A stretch of DNA of 64,000 nt from Haliotis rufescens (lineage: Eukaryota): the NCBI RefSeq assembly GCF_023055435.1, contig NW_025964372.1, positions 23,250,001 to 23,314,000 on the forward strand, read 5' to 3'. The first letter of the stretch is position 1. Every line of letters begins with the position of its first letter. The translations under genes and the position numbers were made by a program. The notes under the pieces are model-generated. The model had not been told where the DNA came from. It searched no databases and saw only the letters and a list, made by a program, of their open reading frames with translations. Below, in pieces: positions 40,280 to 54,239 of the stretch.

Positions 40280-40380
40280 GTGGTGAAGATGCTGATCATT
40301 GTGGTGTGCCTGTTTGTGTTATGCTGGCTTCCTCTTCAAACCTATAATCTCCTAGCAATCACATATCCCCATGTCAATGA
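40280..40380 (+). CDS. Internal exon of a rhodopsin-family neuropeptide GPCR (TM6-ECL3), leucokinin/lymnokinin receptor-like
   Basis: Acceptor tctccctttgttgcag| and donor |gtgagt. The phase-0 open frame reads VVKMLIIVVCLFVLCWLPLQTYNLLAITYPHVN(E/D), containing the class A TM6 CWLP motif. KML..VV..F..CWLPLQTYNLL fits the kinin receptor group better than tachykinin or luqin receptors. No other exon was identified in the window. Confidence 0.9.
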
Positions 40381-42572
40381 GTGAGTATATACACATGTTT
40401 ACGGTTATTGCATTCATTTTATGATGATTTATCGTTTCATGAAGATGTTATTTTAGATGAAGAATGTTTGAATTGTCAACACACCAAGAAATGTGACTGG
40501 GGTCAACCTTCTGTTCTCATGACGTAACGGTTCTAAGCTGTGACGTCATGAACCACCGATGACGGGGCGAAGATTGGTCAGAGACCTGTAACTTATTATC
40601 ATATACCATAGATCCACCATTTTTGTGTAACATTTTTCGCTTCTCCCCTCCTCCCAATAATAAATGACCAGTCCATAAATAATGTTTAGATTCATTACTT
40701 ATATTTGAACCTCCTCCCCTCGCCACCTCGCCACCTCCCACTTTCCCTACCTATAATGCCCTGGGGTCGGGGTCGGTATTCATGGGGTCCGGAATAACGG
40801 GGTTCCACTGTGTGTGATTTTGTAGGTTACATAAAGTGTGATCGTGGGACTCATAACATTTCATTTCCAATAACTTTGCTTGACACCACGGCCGCGTCAG
40901 CAAACGATGCATACTGAAACAAAAGCAAGACAAATACTCTACTCTGGGCTGTTTTAATGAAGGCGCCACTTTCTTATTATCAATATAATTTTAATTTACT
41001 GATGAAGTCCTCAGAATGATCATTGATTGAGCCATATCACGAAGGACGTGAACTTGGAATCACAACACGCATTGTTCATCTTGTTTCCATACACTTACTG
41101 TATTTCCCAGTTTTTTGTAACGTGGAAAGGATTCAGAGATTAGACAGCAGTCATTACAATGCAGGACACGTGGAGGCCTGTGTGTGGTCCTTGTCTTGAG
41201 AAACACGACACTCGCTATGGATCAATAATGATTCTAAACCGTTAAAACCTATTTCAATTTTCAACCTCTAAAAATTACGACAGGCCGTTGATTTTCTTGT
41301 CTAAATTTGCATTTGCCCGTCGGGGCCACTTTCATGTTGAGATTAAAAAAAACAGTATTGCGGTCCAGCCTTAGGAGATGTGTTTCCGTACGCCTGTAGT
41401 TGCAGAAAACGTCATCCGGGACATTGATTTGTCATTGTCTGGGTCACGTGACAGTGAGAACGGCGCTTGATGGAGGAAATCATAAAAGTGTTATCCGTGT
41501 GTTAAATGCTCGACTCCAGTAAATTACCATTCCCATAGCCTGATACCGGATTTTGACACAGCCAAATGAATTCTGTTATAGACTAAGAAATGCCTGTTGA
41601 TTGAAAACTTTAAGAAGAAAATCGTATTTTTTGTAATTATGGAATGGACGTGAATCCGACAGATCAGAGTCAACGCTTCCGCCTAGGCTCCGGAAAACAT
41701 TCACAATAGATTACATGCGCACTGGCATTTCCGGTTACGGGTCCGCAGCTGAAAAATCCCAGCATGTGGTGACGATGCCATTTTCTTAACACCGACACAC
41801 ATTTCGCCCACATATTCACCTTACAACGAACATTTTGTCGAGTTGATCCATGGCCACTACAGCTACATCTATATAAGGCAGTTCATACGGTCTGATAAAT
41901 TTGTCTGTTACGATTCGCTGGTCTTGGGTTCGTGTCGCACGTAACATCTGGATATTTAACCTTGGCCTGTCCTCAGCATTCTACTGTTTATCGTCCGGCG
42001 ACTATATTGGAGCGGGGTAAGACACGGTGACTGCGTGATATCGTAGCCAGATGGTATGAATTGCCTGTTCTTTTAACTACTGGATTCCATTATTTACAGA
42101 CACATATTTGTTAAAATTGAAATATTTGTAAAATATAAAGACACTTGGTTGGGAAAGTTTCCCTGCGTTAATTGGCTTTTCTAGTCCTTCGATAACTTGA
42201 TTACTATCGTCGCATGACAGGAGTGCTGCTGTGCTGCGTCAGGCACCAAACACCTAGGTTTTTTTCAAGCTGTGTGAGTGGCTGGTGCAGCCGGTGGATT
42301 GAGACATGCTTACCCTTTTCTTCTGTTGTTAAAACATATTTTATCATCCCACAGGAGATATCGCTTGGGTGAGATCAAGCGATATCTACACTGTAGATAT
42401 CGCTGCAATGAAATTGCATCACAATCCTTTGCAGACCATTGTGACGCCATTGGTTACCATGACGTCACAATCAAATGACATCACTAATGGCTCTGCTACT
42501 GAAGCTTAAGACACTGCTTATTACTGTCTACAAACTGAAAAAGTTGGAAGAATGATGTTGGATGATAAATAA

Positions 42573-42715
42573 AATCTCACCCTCGTGTCTTTTGATATAA
42601 AATATATCAACTTTGTTGATAAAAGTAGAAAAAATCCTCGGGAAGCCTCGGAGTTTTCCCACCTTTGTCAACTCGTGTTGATATATTTGATATCAAAAGA
42701 CACTCTGGTGAGATT
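42573..42715. mobile_element. ~143-bp palindromic element
   Basis: aatctcacc..gtgtcttttgatat..atatatcaac is inverse to gttgatatat..atatcaaaagacac..ggtgagatt. Confidence 0.75.
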
Positions 42716-44250
42716 CTCTATTTCATTAATCCGTTCACATAATTTTAACCGCTCTTTTGCCCTTTTGCCAAATGGAATTAATATGTTTTCGTGGATTATT
42801 GAAACTGGTTATTCTCTGGCGTTGACGTTTTATATTTAGGTGGTGTATTTCTACATATAAAACCCACAAACAGTAATGAAACTATCCAAGCCGATAGTGT
42901 CCACTAGCATATAGCAAAGCCTAGTTTCCACACGTAAGTAGGGGATATGTTTGGAAGATGGATTAAACCAAATTCACTCGGTGAAATATGACTATCTTTG
43001 CTTCTTCTAAGCTCTCTGTTATTTGTACGTTAAATACAGGTGCATCACTTGCTTATGTGATTTGGAACCTCTGATTGATCAAGTAAGGATAAGCATTTAT
43101 GGATGAACAACTTGTGGGCTTCTTCCCATTACTTAGTACTTCAACTTCTAAATGCCTATCAAAGAAGTTATTCTGATTGATCAATCACTTCTGATCAGCT
43201 CGTTTTAAAATGAACGTTTTACTCTTGTTTACACGTAACACAGAAACGAAATTAACCTGACTTCTAATTTGTATTGATATTTATTATGTTTAACCCTCCT
43301 TGATAGTCACGATATGGCTAAAATATTGCCGATGTGACTCAACTTAACTCACTCACTACTTCAAATTTGAGTAAAGAATGAAATACTTTCATATAAGAGT
43401 AAGTCCAAATATTTCCATTGTATCTTGCGTCAAAGGACAAATATCGTTGAACGTCACAACATACGTTATCAGAAACTCATATTTATTTATTGCATTAAAC
43501 CTGATGGATTAACCCATTACATGTCAGGTACAAATATATACAGCCAATATAATGTTTAATCAGTTTCTAATTATACAAAAGCGTGTACGTACTTAGAACA
43601 AATTTTCAAATCTCAAGTGGAGAAGCCAGTTCCAAATCAGACCCTTTTAAAGTATTCCCTGTTTGCTATCAGACCATTTAATTCCATTTGCGAACGTTAG
43701 AAGTCTATTACTTAACCCCTTCGGAAGCGTCCAACCATTCGGCCCCCATTTACAGCATGTGTATGGAAACTGGTTCGTGCCACTGCGTAATAACAATCAG
43801 ACAGAGTTGCATTTTTTGAAGGTAAAACTTCATATCCTGTTTCGACTCAAAAGGAATATCGTGTTTGGGACTTTATTCTGTCGTACTGGCGTGATATATT
43901 ATGGTCGAGGTAAAAAAAATCCGTCCCTAACTGAAAACGTGATGATCCCGCAAAACGATTACCTCAACTGTTACTGCCGTTATTGAAAAACCTTGCTCAA
44001 TAAAACAAAACTCTGGTTGTTATTGCCGAGACATATCTTCAAAAGGCCAAAAATCGATGAAACAGCTAAGGTCAAAGAGCCCTAACTTCTATCAAGAGTT
44101 AGTTAAAGTGGACTAAAGGATTACCTCTGTGGCAGAGTTGGGCGAGCATGCTGAGATACTGAGATTGCAGACACTCGAGAAAGGCTGCTGATGGCGGACT
44201 GAGAGCTTTGATGAAGTAGCTGCAAATGCTGGTCTCGCACTCGTAATACA

Positions 44251-44530
44251 AGGTCTGCTGTTGTCCGTGATGGTTAATTGGTAAAATGTAGACTGCTGTT
44301 GTCCAAGATGGTCAGTTGCTAACACGCTGACTTCTCATGTCCAAGATGGTCAGTTGTAACACTTGGTCTGCTGTTGTCCAAGATGGTGAGTTGTAACACC
44401 TAATCTGGTGTTGTCCGTGATGGTCATTTGAAACACGTGGTTTGCTGCCGTTGTCCGTGATGATCAGTGGGTAACACGTAATCTCATATTGTCCATGATA
44501 GTCAGCTGGTGACGTAATCTGATATTGTCC
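44251..44530. repeat. Degenerate ~37-bp tandem repeat (about 8 copies)
   Basis: ctgctgttgtcc(aa/gt)gatggtcagttgtaacac recurs. Confidence 0.85.
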
Positions 44531-44744
44531 AATTAATTAGAAAAACGCGGACACATTCCGTCTTAGTCAAAATGTATTGTGCAAGATGACCTTTTATGCC
44601 TAGGCTTTGATACAAACAAAGGAAGAAACTGATGCTGAGCTGGGATATCTAAGAAAACCATCCGGCGGATCCTGGAAAAATGAATTTATGACTATTCTTG
44701 ACAATTTTTGGGGTTTTCCCTCAAGATAGCCTCGGCGTGTTTGT

Positions 44745-45103
44745 GGGATTCGTGACAGATTCATAGCCGATTCGTCGTAACGCCACGAATTCACGAATCC
44801 CCGAATGAGTTAAGAATACCTACGAATGCCTACGAATCGATTACGATTCAGTTACGATGCCTAAGAATGCATCACGAATTTGTTACGAATTAACTACGAT
44901 ATTTTTTTAATCAGGAGTTCGTGGCCAAAACTTTGAACAGCTCAAAACTTTTGCCACGAATTCCCGATAGCTCAAGAATTGTAAGAACTAACTACGAATA
45001 TATGCGAATCAGTTAAGAATTTCACGAACTGATTACGATTCAACTACGAATCCTAAAATGTATCAATTCGTGGGATTCGTGGTCTGTTTGGAATAGTAGC
45101 ATA
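44745..45103. repeat. Clusters of YACGAAT motifs, probably a DNA-transposon subterminal region
   Basis: tacgaat/cacgaat/taagaat spaced about 11 bp apart, with inverse attcgtg copies. Confidence 0.6.
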
Positions 45104-45721
45104 AGGAAACACGTTCCTCGTCCGCTCTGATACTCTCGTTAAAACAGGCCTGGGATTAATCGGCAACCCCAGATCAATCCCCAGCTTCAATAAAGCAATC
45201 TCGTGGCTGCAAAAATATGTTTTGATTGGAAACAGTTTGCAAATATGCGCTAAACACTAAGCTATCTCCCAAAAGCCGGTGCCAATACATGTATTTTCTT
45301 TTAATCAGAGAAGTATTTTCTGTTCTGTTTAGGTAATAATTCTTTCTGTTTCACAGCATGAGATTGCTGTAGTGTTATTGTATGACTTGACTGGCGGCCT
45401 CCTTTCCCAGCGTCTGTGTCTTAGGCTGAGTAATAGCCGTGATTGTTCAGAATGGTCGTCCACTGCTTCTGAATAATAGATAAAAGCGAAAAAGACCAGT
45501 TCCATAATCATTAGAAATCTCTATTGAAGAAGAGCCCATCATTCTCCTGTTTATCGTAAGGAGGCTATATTGGAGTGAGGTACGGCTCGGTGACTGCGTG
45601 GTCTCGTAGCCTGACGGTATGGATCGTTGCTTACATTTTAACTACCGGTTTGTCTGTCCGGACTACGCCGAAATATTATGGCGTAAATAACAAACAAGTA
45701 AAAAATCTTTGCTTTGGTGAG

Positions 45722-45977
45722 TTTGTTTTGTTTGTTTGTTGTTTAGCAATATTCCAGCTATATGAGGGCGGTCTGTAAAGAATAGAGTCAGGACCAAACA
45801 ATTCAGTGGTTGACATCATGAGCATCGATCCACGCCATTGGGATCGATGACATGCATCAACCAAGTCAGCGAGCCTGACAACACGATCCCGTTAGTCGCC
45901 TCTTACGATAAGCATAGTCGCCTTTTACGGCAAGTATGGGTTGCTGAAGACCTATTCTACCCCGGGTCTTCACAGGT
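45722..45977 (-). mobile_element. Family B element, full length
   Basis: Reverse complement of the 18393 copy. Confidence 0.9.
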
Positions 45978-46056
45978 CTGCCGAAATATGAAAATAGAAG
46001 CGACAGAAATCTTTTTCATTATCATAAGAAAGCCAGAGTCCACTGTACGAATCTGA

Positions 46057-46215
46057 GTGAGTGAGTATGGTTTTACGCCGCTTTTAGCAATATTCCAGCA
46101 ATATCACGGCGGGGGACACCAGAAATGGGCTTCACACATTGTACCCATGTCGGGAATCGAGCCCGGGTCTTCGGCGTGACGAGCGAACGCTTTAACCACT
46201 AGGCTACCCGACCCC
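46057..46215 (-). mobile_element. SINE family D, full length
   Basis: tRNA head, (ACTC)n tail, 14-bp TSD ctgtacgaatctga (46043-46056/46216-46229). Confidence 0.92.
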
Positions 46216-46234
46216 CTGTACGAATCTGAATATG

Positions 46235-46570
46235 TCATGAACATGTGTTTATTAATCACTCTCAAATAGTGATGACACCAGGTGTTCTCCATGGTTTGAG
46301 AGTATCCTGCCCACCGGTGGCACCTGCCGCAAAGTCAAGTCAATTGATCACCTAAAACAGCACAGGAACGTTTGGCACAAGTCAAAATAGGGATTATCAT
46401 CGGACATTATGTTGAAAATTGCGCAAAATTAGAATTGTCCTCCACACGCTACCAAATACTTTCTTGAAAGATTTACAGAGGCCTTGAATGTTCTTACCCT
46501 GATCAAATAGCTTTTGAGCAAGAATCCCATGGCGTTCTTTGAAATCTTCCTAGAAAGAGCAGACCAGGGG
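46235..46570 (-). mobile_element. Penelope-like (Naiad-type) 3' fragment plus motif E
   Basis: Minus-strand EDFKERHGILAQKLFDQGKNIQGLCKSFKKVFG, then ggtgccaccggtgggcaggatac..aacacctggtgtcatcact. Confidence 0.75.
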
Positions 46571-47589
46571 ATATCTTTGCATTACGGGGATATCTTTGTG
46601 GAGTGTCCGTGATTATGTCATCTTAGCATGACTGGATTTTGTAGCCTCATGTGTTATATGTGTGACATAGAGTGTGAACTTATTCTTAGCGACGTTTACC
46701 ACGTTGGTCAAACCGGAATGTGGCATTGAGTGCGTGTGTCTGGGGACACCCAAAATGGCTTCGCACGATGTACCCATGTACCCATGTACCCATGTACTCT
46801 TTGGCATGCCTCATCATTTTAACCTCGGGGCCATCCAACACCAAATATCCAACATATGAGAAGAAAGTCTTGATTCATAACTATATAGGTTTCTGTATAT
46901 ATGTTTCTGGTTCAAAGTGGAGTTTAATACTGTGTTCAAAACTGAAGTTAACACTTTATGTTCGTCCACTATTGATCTAACAGAAATAAAATGAAACTTC
47001 CTTAACTCGAAGTGATGGGGAAAATAAAAAAATATATCGAGTTATCACTACTTCGAGGCAAACGGAGCGCAGACAGAGACTATAATTCCGATACGGATAC
47101 CACACTGACAAACATTCCTCGCCTCAATCCCATAACCTTTATTAGATGAAAAGGCAACTCGGATGCTTTAGTGATGGTGAAAGTGAGAAGTAACTGTCAT
47201 GACGGGACCGTTTAAGCTTAACGTAAAAATTATTTCTAACTTTACCCTTTTTTCCGGATGATACATGATTATCTTTTTCCCGATGCCAAACATGTACTTT
47301 TGTGCTAAATTTGTCATTTCCTTCCGATAAATTTGATCGAGATTTTATGGATTTTTACATAATTACATTTCATAACATGGTCTCGATTTCAATTTTATTT
47401 CCTATCAAATCAGTGATCGAAGTGGACGTAACGAAGCGTTCACTTGGGATTACCGATGGGGCAGGATACGCTCACGTTTTCGCAAACACCTGGTATCATC
47501 ACAGTTTGATAGTGATTGATGGACACATGCTCATGATTCCATCGATTTTGGTGGTTATTTCTTATAAGTATTGAAAGGGTTTTGTCGCT

Positions 47590-47900
47590 TTTCAAATGTT
47601 GGGTAACATAAAGTATGTTATGTTGGCTCTGTTGTATCGAAATCACCGCTGTATCAAACATCATACGAACAGAGCATTTCAAACGCAGACCCATCGATTG
47701 ACTTCAAGAAACATCAATAGTTGTCCAGTCCGCCCAGTCTTATTTGAACGACCACACACCGTCCTAATTGACCGTTCATCAATCTCAAGAAAAGTATTTT
47801 TATCTACATATATTCATATCAAATTGTCTCGCCGTCCGTTTCTCAGACCGTCGCATGTTTTAAATGAAACCAGTCAAACGCGCATCTGTCATATTCAGTA
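47590..47900 (-). pseudogene. Possible GIY-YIG endonuclease relic of a Penelope-like element
   Basis: Minus-strand LVSFKTCDG and IYVDRKILFLRLMNGQ loosely match VYLITC..C..QYVG....RMNGH. Confidence 0.35.
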
Positions 47901-49073
47901 TTGCTGCTGGCGAACGACTGCTGTTTTGAGCAGTGCCAACGGCCCCTCCTTCTACGCTCCCTTTCTAGCCTCGCGGGTGTTGTCAAGTCACACGGAAACC
48001 ATATACGTGCTTAGTGGGTGTCTATAGAGGAGAGCGCGCCCGGAACATCCTCAGGGCAAGGATCTACGTATCCTAACGTATTTATTTGTATTGCGCTATA
48101 GCCTTTAGATCGCCAGTTTGAGCGCTGGAGCACGTATACCGGTCGGCCATAGTAGGCTTTTGTCAGTGTGAAATATCTGTTCTTCAGGAAGAAGGTTGCA
48201 GGGAACGCTGGCCTCGGCAGATTCAGAATCTTACTGAGTTGAAAGGCTATATTACTTCTAAGTCTAGTCTGAGATTGGGCTTTGGGCACAGCCTGTGTTG
48301 TTGGCGTTCACTTTGTGTGTTTCTTTTTGACTGATTGAATAATTGTAATTTACAAATTTCTTGATAAAGATGCTAATTGTAACATTGCAGTCACGTGGTC
48401 GTGATTAACCCCCTTTGAAAAAGAACGCCAATGCGAATGTATGATTTCCCTCGTGGCACGCCACTTTCACTATAAATGACCTTGACATTGAGGCGAATGT
48501 CCCTATGAGGTCATTTCGAGGTCACTCGGAGGTTCCTCTGATTATTGTTCCAGACGGCTGTTTTCGATTGGAATACAATCTGACGATATACTATCGATTT
48601 GTAAGAAAACAAATGTCTGATGAGCGACCCCCTGATTATGACTTTGGACCACAAACAGCCTGAAGAACTGATCAATACCTATCGACAAATACATGTATGC
48701 CTGTCTTGTCGAACTTGAATAGGATATTCCAAAACTCGACCTGATATTCAACTAATTAGTGTAGTATGACTTGACTGGTAAAAACACGGTTTTCGTGAGG
48801 TAAAGGGGCACGAGGTACCAGACCAGAAGTCAATGCAGCTGAAATTCGCTGTGCAGAGTTGTGTCTCATACCTGTGTCAGGATCCTACGACCGGGTTCAA
48901 ATCGAACATTTACCCTGATTGTGTTTCTTAGTGTCTCAACACGTGCACCATACCAATGTGTGTTTCATCAAAGTGGTATACCTATCAACCATGTACCATG
49001 TCGACTGTCCTCCAACATCAAGCACATGTTTTTTTGTGATAAGAGCTTGTTTGTTGACTTGTTAACCTTTGAA

Positions 49074-49317
49074 AGGGGACACAGTAGGCCAAGTCGTCAA
49101 AGGCTCCGCAATTTGCTGTGCAGAGTTGCGTACCTTGGGCACGCCAGAAACCGACTATTTGGGTTCGAATTCCGGTTCCTCCCGAATATGTTTCTAGGTT
49201 CAACATAATATAACCCTTGCTCGTGGATTTCACTAAAGTGGTAAACGTTAAGCTGACACGCCGTGATATAACTGGAATATTTTTCAAAGTGGCGTTAAAC
49301 CGAACTCACTCACTCAC
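49074..49317 (+). mobile_element. SINE family C
   Basis: ggccaagtcgtcaaagg..gggttcgaattcc..gctgacacgccgtgatataactggaata..(ACTC)n. Confidence 0.85.
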
Positions 49318-50744
49318 TGACCTGTGTATGTTGATTTTTGCTCATATTGATCGAATCGACTTATTTCTATAATAAGTTAGGACCTAGCGATCAGAACACA
49401 TAAAATACTTGTTCCATTAACTACAAGGGTAAAATGCAACTATGACACTGGTACACTAGTACTCATAACCACACTGATACCCAACATATCCAACATATCA
49501 AAATACCCATGTGCCAACATACAGAACCGGACGTCAAACACTGACAGGTCAGCTTCAGTGATCTGAAAACCTACGTGTTCGATTCACCAAGAAAAAAATA
49601 AATTGTTCTAGATACCCACACATTGTTCAGCCAAACCATCTTCCTGTGAAAATCAGAGGATTGGTCTTGAAGTTACGAGTAAGAATGTTTCCAAGTGGGA
49701 AGAAAATGTGACAAAAAATGAAAGCAGACTACTAGGTACAGGTCAACTGCTACTGGATGTCAGATATCTCCTTTCATTCTCAGAGCAAAGCAACGCTCTG
49801 CCCGCGGCTGCCACTCCAATGCATCAACCCCACCTTGAGCACAATTGACGCACTAATAGCCTTCTCAATTTAAGACGCATGTCGATGCTTCCGAGAAATA
49901 CCCCGATTGCTCCTCAGTCAGAGGAAGATGTCTGACAACATGCTTGTAATTCTAGCAATATGGTTCCTGTTAAAACCTCGGGGCAATCTCTAACTTGGAT
50001 GTCTCTGCAATGCCTTTCGCCCCAGTACAGCTTGTAATACTCATCATACAGAGCGGAAAAGATCTCAGATTTGCAAATTAGCAGTCGGTGTCAATCTTGA
50101 AGAAAGTTGTCTAATTAGTAATTGTAAGGTCATGTAACGTTTCTCCTCACGCTCGTCATTACAAACGTTTAAAACGATCATTTTTCATGCGGATCAATAA
50201 TTTGGGATTTTGTCCGGTATAAAATACGGATGTTGTTAATGAAAAGATTGTCCGGTTTCTAAAGGAAGCATTATGTTTCCTTGTCTGAACTATGAACTTC
50301 CGTGGTTGGCTTAACTTAATCCCAAAAGTCCTGTTGCTAACGGAAGAACCAGAGTGGACCTGAATGTAGTTGATTTGATGATTGTCAAAGGAAGAGTTAT
50401 CGCCCTTTGTCTAGCACTGCCTCCATGGTTTGTGAGTTTGGATTACTGCTTTGAGATATAAAGAAAAAGGTCTGCTGGTGCTCTGGTCATTTTGAATACA
50501 AACTTCTGATGAGCTACATTTATATTGCCTGAAAGTGAATAATACAGGTCAATGTTGGATATGATCCTTCTGTGGTCGACATTTTGATTTATCCATGGTT
50601 TGACCGATGTACTCGTATCTGACATCATCAACTTTTGTTAAATGAAAGTTTTTGATCATATTTTGTAAGAAACACGTTTGAAAATGTGTACGCAGGATTT
50701 ATAAACGTCATTCAGTCCCCTGCAATCGATTCCGTGTTGCTTGA

Positions 50745-51026
50745 GAGTGAGTGAGTGAGTTATGTTTAACGCCGTTTTAAACAGTATACCAGTAATATCG
50801 CGGCGTGTCGACTTAACGTGGGAGGAAAGTCCGAAGTGATGCAGGTCTCAGACGTTTACCACTTCTGTGAAACCCACGAGCACGGGTATGGTGCTGACAA
50901 ACCTAGAAACATAATTTGGGCGAACCGGGATTCGAACCCACAATCATTGGTTTCTGGCGTGCCCAAGGGACGCAACTCTGCACAGCGAATCGCGGCACCT
51001 TAGACGACTGGGTCACCCGTGCCCCC
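50745..51026 (-). mobile_element. SINE family C, full length
   Basis: TSD tg(t/c)tgcttga. Confidence 0.9.
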
Positions 51027-53500
51027 TGCTGCTTGACGAAAACAAGCAAGAGAACTTTACACAGAATAATGCTTTGTAGGTTTTCCTTGCGCCTAACAAC
51101 GATGTTAACTGTGGTTGTAGATGTACGACAGTAATTTTAGGTTCATTCTGAAGTGGCGCTGTACAAATTTTGGTAACACAGACGTAAAAGAACAGTTTGG
51201 ATGCGGTGAGTGTGAAGGATTTGAATTTGATCTCATGGAACAATTTATGTTCAACAAATACAGGAATGTTTTCTACCTAGTTGGAGAAGTCTGAAGAAGA
51301 GTTACCACTCGCTTCAAATGCTGAGCCAAGATTTTCAGACGGGTTGGTAAATTGTTATGCAAAAAATAAACATAGGCTCAAAACGGCAAAAACATATTTT
51401 GTTTTCTAAACAAATGGGATGTCAGCCATGATCAGAAACAAATCAAAATACACACTCAATCAGCTAGTAATATTACAAGGATTCGCAATTATATTTTGTA
51501 CACACATACAAAACGACTTTGTCCCAGACTAAGACGATAAGATTTAATTTGCCAACTCGAAATGAACATGCCACATTTATTCTACGTCGAATCAAGCACT
51601 CATCTGAACAGCGTCTTGGGGAAACAAAGTTTTCTTGAAGCGCCCCAAATGGCTTGCCATCGTGCGGCACAGACTTAATCTAGTATACTGAAGAAATCAG
51701 ATTTTCTTCAAAGCAACCCGAGACATGTAATATAAAAATCTGTCATGTTGAAAGAAACTTGCAAACTGTTTGTGACCTCTCATGACCTTTGGCGAGTACG
51801 TCAGAATCAATGAAAGCCCTTGTAACGATACATGCTAAATGAGCGAAAAGAGTAGTTCCACTTCAGTACGGCGACAGGAACCAGTGCGTGAGGTCAGACG
51901 GAAATCTTCGATGTTGAGATGCTTTAATTGACCAACTTAAAGTACTGTAAGTCCATATGTTGAAGAAAATGACACACTACACTGTTAAAACCGGCGTTGT
52001 TTATTCATATGACAGAAGTACAAGTAGAATATTGAGATTTGAAACAACCTTTTATTGATCATCCAGATGTGAGTATTCTCATGTTACAATAGAGTTTAAA
52101 AGATTTGTCATCTAGCTGATGATGAATTGATGAATGTGTACGTAGGTGGTAGCTGGGGTCAATAATATGTGTTCCAGGGTCTATGGTTTTGACATTACTT
52201 TCGTTACATATTTGTTATTGATGTTCCTGCCCGTGTAATGACATGGCAAATAGATTTTACATTACTTTTATATTGTTCAATATGTTAAGGGATTTATTAG
52301 AAGTATCCGCGAGCAGTAACAACTATGATTTCATCAATTCCAATTAATCAATAATAAATTAAAACAATAAATGCCATTTAGCATGACTCCAGGCGATTCA
52401 GATCGCCAACATATCACTCAATCTATATATTTTTGTGTGATTATCATCTTTCACTGTCCTTAATTAGCGCCCCGCAGGAAATTTAAGTTTTATATATTGC
52501 TCCATTCGCCCAATCGAACATAAATTCAGTTTTTTCATGTAATTGAAAGATGAAAGAACTATTTATAAAATTGAGTATGTCTTTTTAACCATCACTCATA
52601 CATGCAAACGTTTGTAAAACATAAACATTTTTGCCTGGGTAATTTTGTGTAAAAATAAGCTGGTTCAATAAAGAGATGAAGTTGCAACCACATGTTTGAA
52701 ATGTAAATGTGTGCAAATTTGTTGATTTTCAAACATAAGATTCTAAGAATTTAAATGCTTTTAAAGTTTAAAATACAAAACACGCTGTATTCTGTTGAAA
52801 GCAATATTGAAGAATGAAGACAGTACTGGTTGTGTAATTGCACAACACTAACTTCGACACTAAAACCGTGTAATGCACCCGACCCCAGCAGACACAGACT
52901 ACTCAAACTTAAAATATATAAGAACAATTTCTGAAGTAACTGTTTCCATGTTGCTGTCGGATCGGGAAATGTCTGAACAGGTTTGAACTCTCAGACCCAT
53001 GATCCAGACACGGGAGTTCTCTCCTCGAAGTCAATGTAATTACGACCCGATCATATTGAGATGCGTATGTCAGCATTAAGTACTTACACTGGCGTGGTTA
53101 AGTGCAGTGATAAGCGTTAACGCTGACAATAAGTAGCTCTCTGGCGCGTTGTCTGGACTGTGTGAACGCAGGTTTCCCAAGAGGTGGGACGATAGAGCGA
53201 GACATCCACACAATAAAAGCTTAATAATAGAAACCAGAGAGCAGATGTAAACAGCTTGTGTTAAGTATTTCATGTTTTGTATGAGTGAATAGATTAACAT
53301 CATATCTGCAACGATCAGCCTCAAGTTCAAGACTGTCTCATGATATAAGCAGCAGATAGAAACTTTATCCAGAATACCGTATGGATTTAAACTAATTAGA
53401 AAAAAATGTACGTGGTACGTCTTGAGAGGAATTACATTCATGATAGAATTATCGAACTTAAGCTTTGTCTTTAGGTTCAAACAACAAACATATTCCTTAA

Positions 53501-54151
53501 AGGGGAAGTGTACACGCAAAAATCACTTTCTTTCTTTTTCTAAACAAAACGCAATTTTAGAATTAGTTAGTATCTGTGTTTGAAAATATACGCTCATTTT
53601 TTTTCACAGTGAAAGTAGGAAGCTCACAATAGTGTTAAAATGATATGTCGTTATGAGGCCTTCGTTTTACGAGCGAAATAGGCCTGAGTTATCCCCCTTA
53701 GATTATGACGTAATTGGTGCCAATTCAACTGGGTCCCTGTCTATTCTCAACGCAAAAAGATATCAAGGACCAGTTTGCGGTAAAACAACATGGTCTACGA
53801 CACACTGCGCAGTGGTGACTCAGCATAACACAATTCTGGCTGGCATCTGAGACGCTAGAATCACAAAACTGTACCTACACCACGTGAAGCGGCTCTAACA
53901 AAGCATGATGACGTCATAATGTTTATCAATTGGCACCAATGACGTCATATTGCAAGGGGCATAAGCCATGGTGTTTTTGTTATGGAAATAGAACACTTGG
54001 TAAATGTGAAAAATATAAATCGTTTTAATGCAAAAAATGTGTTAATTAAATATGATGTTTTTATATTTTTGTCTATGACACTTCTATGTTAACACTTTTA
54101 ATGTGGAAAAAGTACAAGAAAAATTGGTTCATTTCCGTGTGAACTTGCCCT
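53501..54151. mobile_element. Kolobok-like MITE
   Basis: TTAA on both sides, imperfect TIR aggggaagtgtacacg / cgtgtgaacttgccct, internal inverted repeat (53706-53725 vs 53928-53947). Confidence 0.75.
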
Positions 54152-54239
54152 TTAACGTAGTGTCGGTAGCGTAGTTTTTTCAAACTGGTCATTTGTGAAG
54201 AGTTCTTGGTGTTTCTCCTGAAAGTCCAAGAATATTAAG

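Noticed and set aside
40999-41053. Hammerhead-like CTGATGA-AGTCCT...AGGAC
   Set aside because: GAAA core is replaced by GTGAA and no stem I/III is evident; at best a dead relic.
43528-43552. Possible next GPCR exon (cag|G TAC AAA TAT ATA, giving E-YKYI)
   Set aside because: Weak polypyrimidine tract and a stop after YKYIQPI with no TM7; probably chance.
46140-46215. tRNA genes at SINE heads (here and other A/C/D copies)
   Set aside because: No intact cloverleaf; embedded in repeated bodies with tails and TSDs.
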